Positions 59,896 to 64,000 of a DNA stretch of 64,000 bases are shown here, piece by piece (within the stretch, counting starts at the first letter, position 1; each line of letters starts with the position of its first letter). Position numbers and translations under genes: made by a program. Origin of the DNA: Macrostomum hystrix (Eukaryota; Animalia; Platyhelminthes); the NCBI GenBank assembly GCA_950097015.1, contig CATNEN010000039.1, positions 8,246,001-8,310,000 of the forward strand, read 5' to 3'. The notes beneath the pieces were generated by a model. That model had not been told where the DNA came from. It saw only the letters and a program-made list of their open reading frames with translations, and did no database searches.

Positions 59896-61895
59896 TCTGT
59901 GTATGATTTGACCAGATTCTGTGTGATTGGACCAGATTCTGTGTGATTGGACCAGATTCTGTGTGATTGGACCAGATTCTGTGTGATTGGACCAGATTCT
60001 GTGTGATTTGACCAGATTCTGTGTGATTGGACCAGATTCTGTGTGATTGGACCAGATTCTGTGTGATTGGACCAGATTCTGTGTGATTGGACCAGATTCT
60101 GTGTGATTGGACCAGATTCTGTGTGATTTAACCAGAATATGCGTGATTGGATTATGCTTCCGTGTGATTGGACCATGCTTCTGTGTGATTGGACTATGCT
60201 TCTATGTGATTGGACGAGATACTGTGTGATTGGACCATGCTTCTGTGTGATTGGACCAGATTCTGTGTGATTGGACCAGATTCTGTGTGATTGGACCAGA
60301 TTCTGTGTGATTGGACCAGATTCTGTGTGATTGGACCAGATTCTGTGTGATTTAACCAGAATATGCGTGATTGGATTATGCTTCCGTGTGATTGGACCAT
60401 GCTTCTGTGTGATTGGACTATGCTTCTATGTGATTGGACGAGATACTGTGTGATTGGACCATGCTTCTGTGTGATTGGACCAGATTCTGTGTGATTGGAC
60501 CAGATTCTGTGTGATTGGACCAGATTCTGTGTGATTGGACCAGATTCTGTGTGATTGGACCAGATTCTGTGTGATTGGACCAGATTCTGTGTGATTGGAC
60601 CAGATTCTGTGTGATTTAACCAGAATATGCGTGATTGGATTATGCTTCCGTGTGATTGGACCATGCTTCTGTGTGATTGGACTATTCTTCTATGTGATTG
60701 GACGAGATACTGTGTGATTGGACCATGCTTCTGTGTGATTGGACCAGATTCTGTGTGATTGGACCAGATTCTGTGTGATTGGACCAGATTCTGTGTGATT
60801 GGACCAGATTCTGTGTGATTGGACCAGATTCTGTGTGATTGGACCAGATTCTGTGTGATTGGACCAGATTCTGTGTGATTGGACCAGATTCTGTGTGATT
60901 GGACCAGATTCTGTGTGATTTGACCAGATTCTGTGTGATTGGACCAGATTCTGTGTGATTGGACCAGATTCTGTGTGATTGGACCAGATTCTGTGTGATT
61001 GGACCAGATTCTGTGTGATTGGACCAGATTCTGTGTGATTTAACCAGAATATGCGTGATTGGATTATGCTTCCGTGTGATTGGACCATGCTTCTGTGTGA
61101 TTGGACTATGCTTCTATGTGATTGGACGAGATACTGTGTGATTGGACCATGCTTCTGTGTGATTGGACCAGATTCTGTGTGATTGGACCAGATTCTGTGT
61201 GATTGGACCAGATTCTGTGTGATTGGACCAGATTCTGTGTGATTGGACCAGATTCTGTGTGATTGGACCAGATTCTGTGTGATTGGACCAGATTCTGTGT
61301 GATTGGACCAGATTCTGTGTGATTGGACCAGATTCTGTGTGATTGGACCAGATTCTGTGTGATTGGACCAGATTCTGTGTGATTTAACCAGAATATGCGT
61401 GATTGGATTATGCTTCCGTGTGATTGGACCATGCTTCTGTGTGATTGGACTATGCTTCTATGTGATTGGACGAGATACTGTGTGATTGGACCATGCGTCT
61501 GTGTGATTGGACCAGATTCTGTTTTATTAGACCATGCTTCTGTGTGATTGGACCATGCGTCTGTGTGATTGGACCATGCGTCTGTGTGATTGGACCATGC
61601 GTCTGTGTGATTGGACCATGCGTCTGTGTGATTGGACAATGCTTCTGTGTATTAAGACCTAGCTTCTGTGTGATTGGACCAGATTCTGTTTTATTAGACC
61701 ATGCTTCTGTGTGATTGGACCATGCTTCTGTGTGATTGGACCATGCGTCTGTGTGATTGGACCAGATTCTGTTTTATTAGACCGTGCTTCTGTGTGATTG
61801 GACCATGCTTCTGTGTGATTGGACCATGCGTCTGTGTGATTGGACCATGCGTCTGTGTGATTGGACCATGCTTCTGTGTATTAAGACCAAGCTTC
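59896..61895. repeat. 20-bp minisatellite (GTGTGATTGGACCAGATTCT) with higher-order blocks
   Basis: About 100 units; a variant cassette (TTAACCAGAATATGCG..GGACGAGATAC) recurs 5 times. Confidence 0.97.
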
Positions 61896-62147
61896 TGAGT
61901 GATAAGAAAGTGGTGACGATTGAGACACTTTTTTATTTTCTTGCTCTTTACTGGTTGAGAAAAGCGGGCTTTTTACCAAACGCTGAAATTTGAAGCTAAA
62001 TTTGACGCTACTACTTGAAGTACGATACAGAAAACTTTAACTTCAAATTCTACTGACTACTTACTCAGGTAGCGACCACAAACCTGATGTAGTAAATGTG
62101 AATTTATCGCCTTTTCAGTTCTGAATTCGAGTTAGAGCTTGCAACTA

Positions 62148-62562
62148 TTGGATCACCTGGTTGAAGATGAGCTCTTCAGGAGCAGCACAGTGGATCACCT
62201 GGTTGAAGATGAGCTCTTCAGGAGCAGCACAGTAGATCACCTGGTTGAAGATGAGCTCTTCAGGAGCAGCACAGTGGATCACCTGGTTGAAGATGAGCTC
62301 TTCAGGAGCAGCACTGTAGATCACCTGGTTGAAGATGAGCTCTTCAGGAGCAGCACAGTGGATCACCTGGTTGAAGATGAGCTCTTCAGGAGCAACACAG
62401 TAGATCACCTGGTTGAAGATGAGCTCTTCAGGAGCAGCACAGTAGATCACCTGGTTGAAGATGAGCTCTTCAGGAGCAGCACAGTGGATCACCTGGTTGA
62501 AGATGAGCTCTTCAGGAGCAGCACAGTAGATCACCTGGTTGAAGATGAGCTCTTCAGGAGCT
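62148..62562. repeat. 42-bp minisatellite (GATCACCTGGTTGAAGATGAGCTCTTCAGGAGCAGCACAGTG)
   Basis: About 10 tandem copies. Confidence 0.96.
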
Positions 62563-62859
62563 GAACTGTTTGAAGATGAGGACTTCACGATCGGAAGCAC
62601 ATTTCAGATTACCTGATTAATCATGAAGACTTGAGAGCCCAAAGCACACGAAAAAGGATGGAGCATAAGTCACCAGAAAAACCACTGGGAAATTTCTAAT
62701 CAACATTTTTCTAGCTAAGTTGAGAAAATTTGGTTATGCAGGATTTCAAATCGAGTGTATTAAACTATGTACGAGCTGCATACCTTTGCAAGCGAATAAG
62801 ACTTAGTTTTTAAAGCACAAACTGTTTAAGAATCTGATCAGTAATAGATTACTTTTTTT

Positions 62860-64000
62860 CTAACTGACCGTTACACCATTTTACCCTCAATTTTGAACAA
62901 CGAAAACTTCAATAGTGACAAACGCCGATTCAAATTCGACAGTTAACGGCAAGGCACGTCAAAGCTACATTCAATTTTGACACAGTCAACTTCAATTTTG
63001 AAAAGGTCCGATTTAGCCAATGCGCGAGCCAAATCCTCACTCCTCAAGTTGTCTAAAACTCTGATTCAATTTTGACACAGCGAACGACAAAAGTTACACT
63101 CTATGGTAAATTCTCCTGAATATCCGCTTCAATTTTATCAACTCCACTTCAATATAGACAGTCTACGTCCAATTTCGACGGACTTTTCATGACTATACAG
63201 TTCATGAACCATCGGGAGCTTTTGCCATAAACGAAATGGTATTGTCCAGGGTAAAAGTTAGATGAGAGCCTTCTCTTCTCCGTGTCACTCTAGTTTAATC
63301 CGCCACCTTGACTCGCTTCCGTTCCGTCCTTATTTTTATACTCCATAACTTAGAAAATTTAAATGATCGACGAGGACGCGGAATCGTTTCTGGAAGAAGA
63401 AGGTTCGGAGTCAACCGACGATCCGATTGAAGAAGAGCAGCAGCCGGAACAAAGAAGAAACCAGTCAGTTTCTGTTCAGGACCGTCAGCGCCTAATTACA
63501 GCTCATGAGAACGGAGAGGACTTCATACACCTTGCGATCCAACTGGGGATAAAGAGGACGACTGCTTATGCCATTGTTCGGACCGGCGCAATCTGTGCGC
63601 AATCTTCCAGCACAACCCACTGCTTACGCTGTCGCAGATGAACGGCATGTTGCGCAACAGATACCCAAGCAAGCCGCACGTCTCGGACAAGACCATTAGC
63701 ATCAAGCTTGACGGTGCTCTGTATACAACCAAACTGGTTCGCGACATACCGGCTGAGAGAAACTCGGTTACTACGATTGAGACCCGACGCCAGTTTGCAG
63801 AGTGGCTGTGCTCTGAGGAGACCCTGGAGATGGAGAAGATCTTTATTGATGAGTTCGGATTCAACACCTGGATGCGCCGCTCAATGGGCCGGTCCCAGAA
63901 AGGCCAACGCGCTTACAGAGTGGTTTCTGGGCAGAAGGGGCAGCGCGTGACGGTTTGCTTGGCTGTCAGCCCGACTCTTGGTGTCGTGCACTATCACACC
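62860..64000 (+). mobile_element. IS630/Tc1-mariner superfamily DNA transposon (left part), continuing beyond the window
   Basis: Subterminal repeats TTCAATTTTGAC/A at ~62885-63180 followed by a transposase ORF; left boundary approximate. Confidence 0.7.
63363..64000 (+). pseudogene. Frameshifted DDE transposase (IS630/Tc1-like, DDE_3 type)
   Basis: First frame gives an HTH (DRQRLITAHENGEDFIHLAIQLGIKRTTAYAIVR). After ~63590 another frame gives QHNPLLTLSQMNGML..VSDKTIS..IFIDEFGFNTWMRRSMGRSQKGQRAY..GQRVTVCLAVSP, which includes the first catalytic Asp motif FIDE.GFN. Confidence 0.85.

Overview
Eukaryotic (animal) genomic DNA with GC-rich exons and introns filled with locus-specific minisatellites. 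This organisation suggests a free-living flatworm such as Macrostomum (inference only). Five spliced protein-coding genes were reconstructed by hand with phase-consistent GT-AG introns. (1) TRIM-NHL E3 ligase (RING, B-box, coiled coil, filamin, NHL; minus strand, runs off the left edge). (2) A very divergent TRPV-like 6-TM channel (minus, ~738 aa). (3) A 14-exon Son of sevenless (SOS) Ras-GEF (minus). (4) A 7-exon Na+/Ca2+ exchanger, NCX/SLC8 (plus, 808 aa). (5) A hunchback-like C2H2 zinc-finger gene (minus). The window also holds two tRNA-derived SINE families (one CORE-like), a frameshifted IS630/Tc1-type transposase at the right edge, and about 30 different tandem repeats. Most notable: an intron that looks created by tandem amplification of a 35-nt exon segment, the divergent TRPV-like pore, and a SOS with Asn at the catalytically essential F929-equivalent position.
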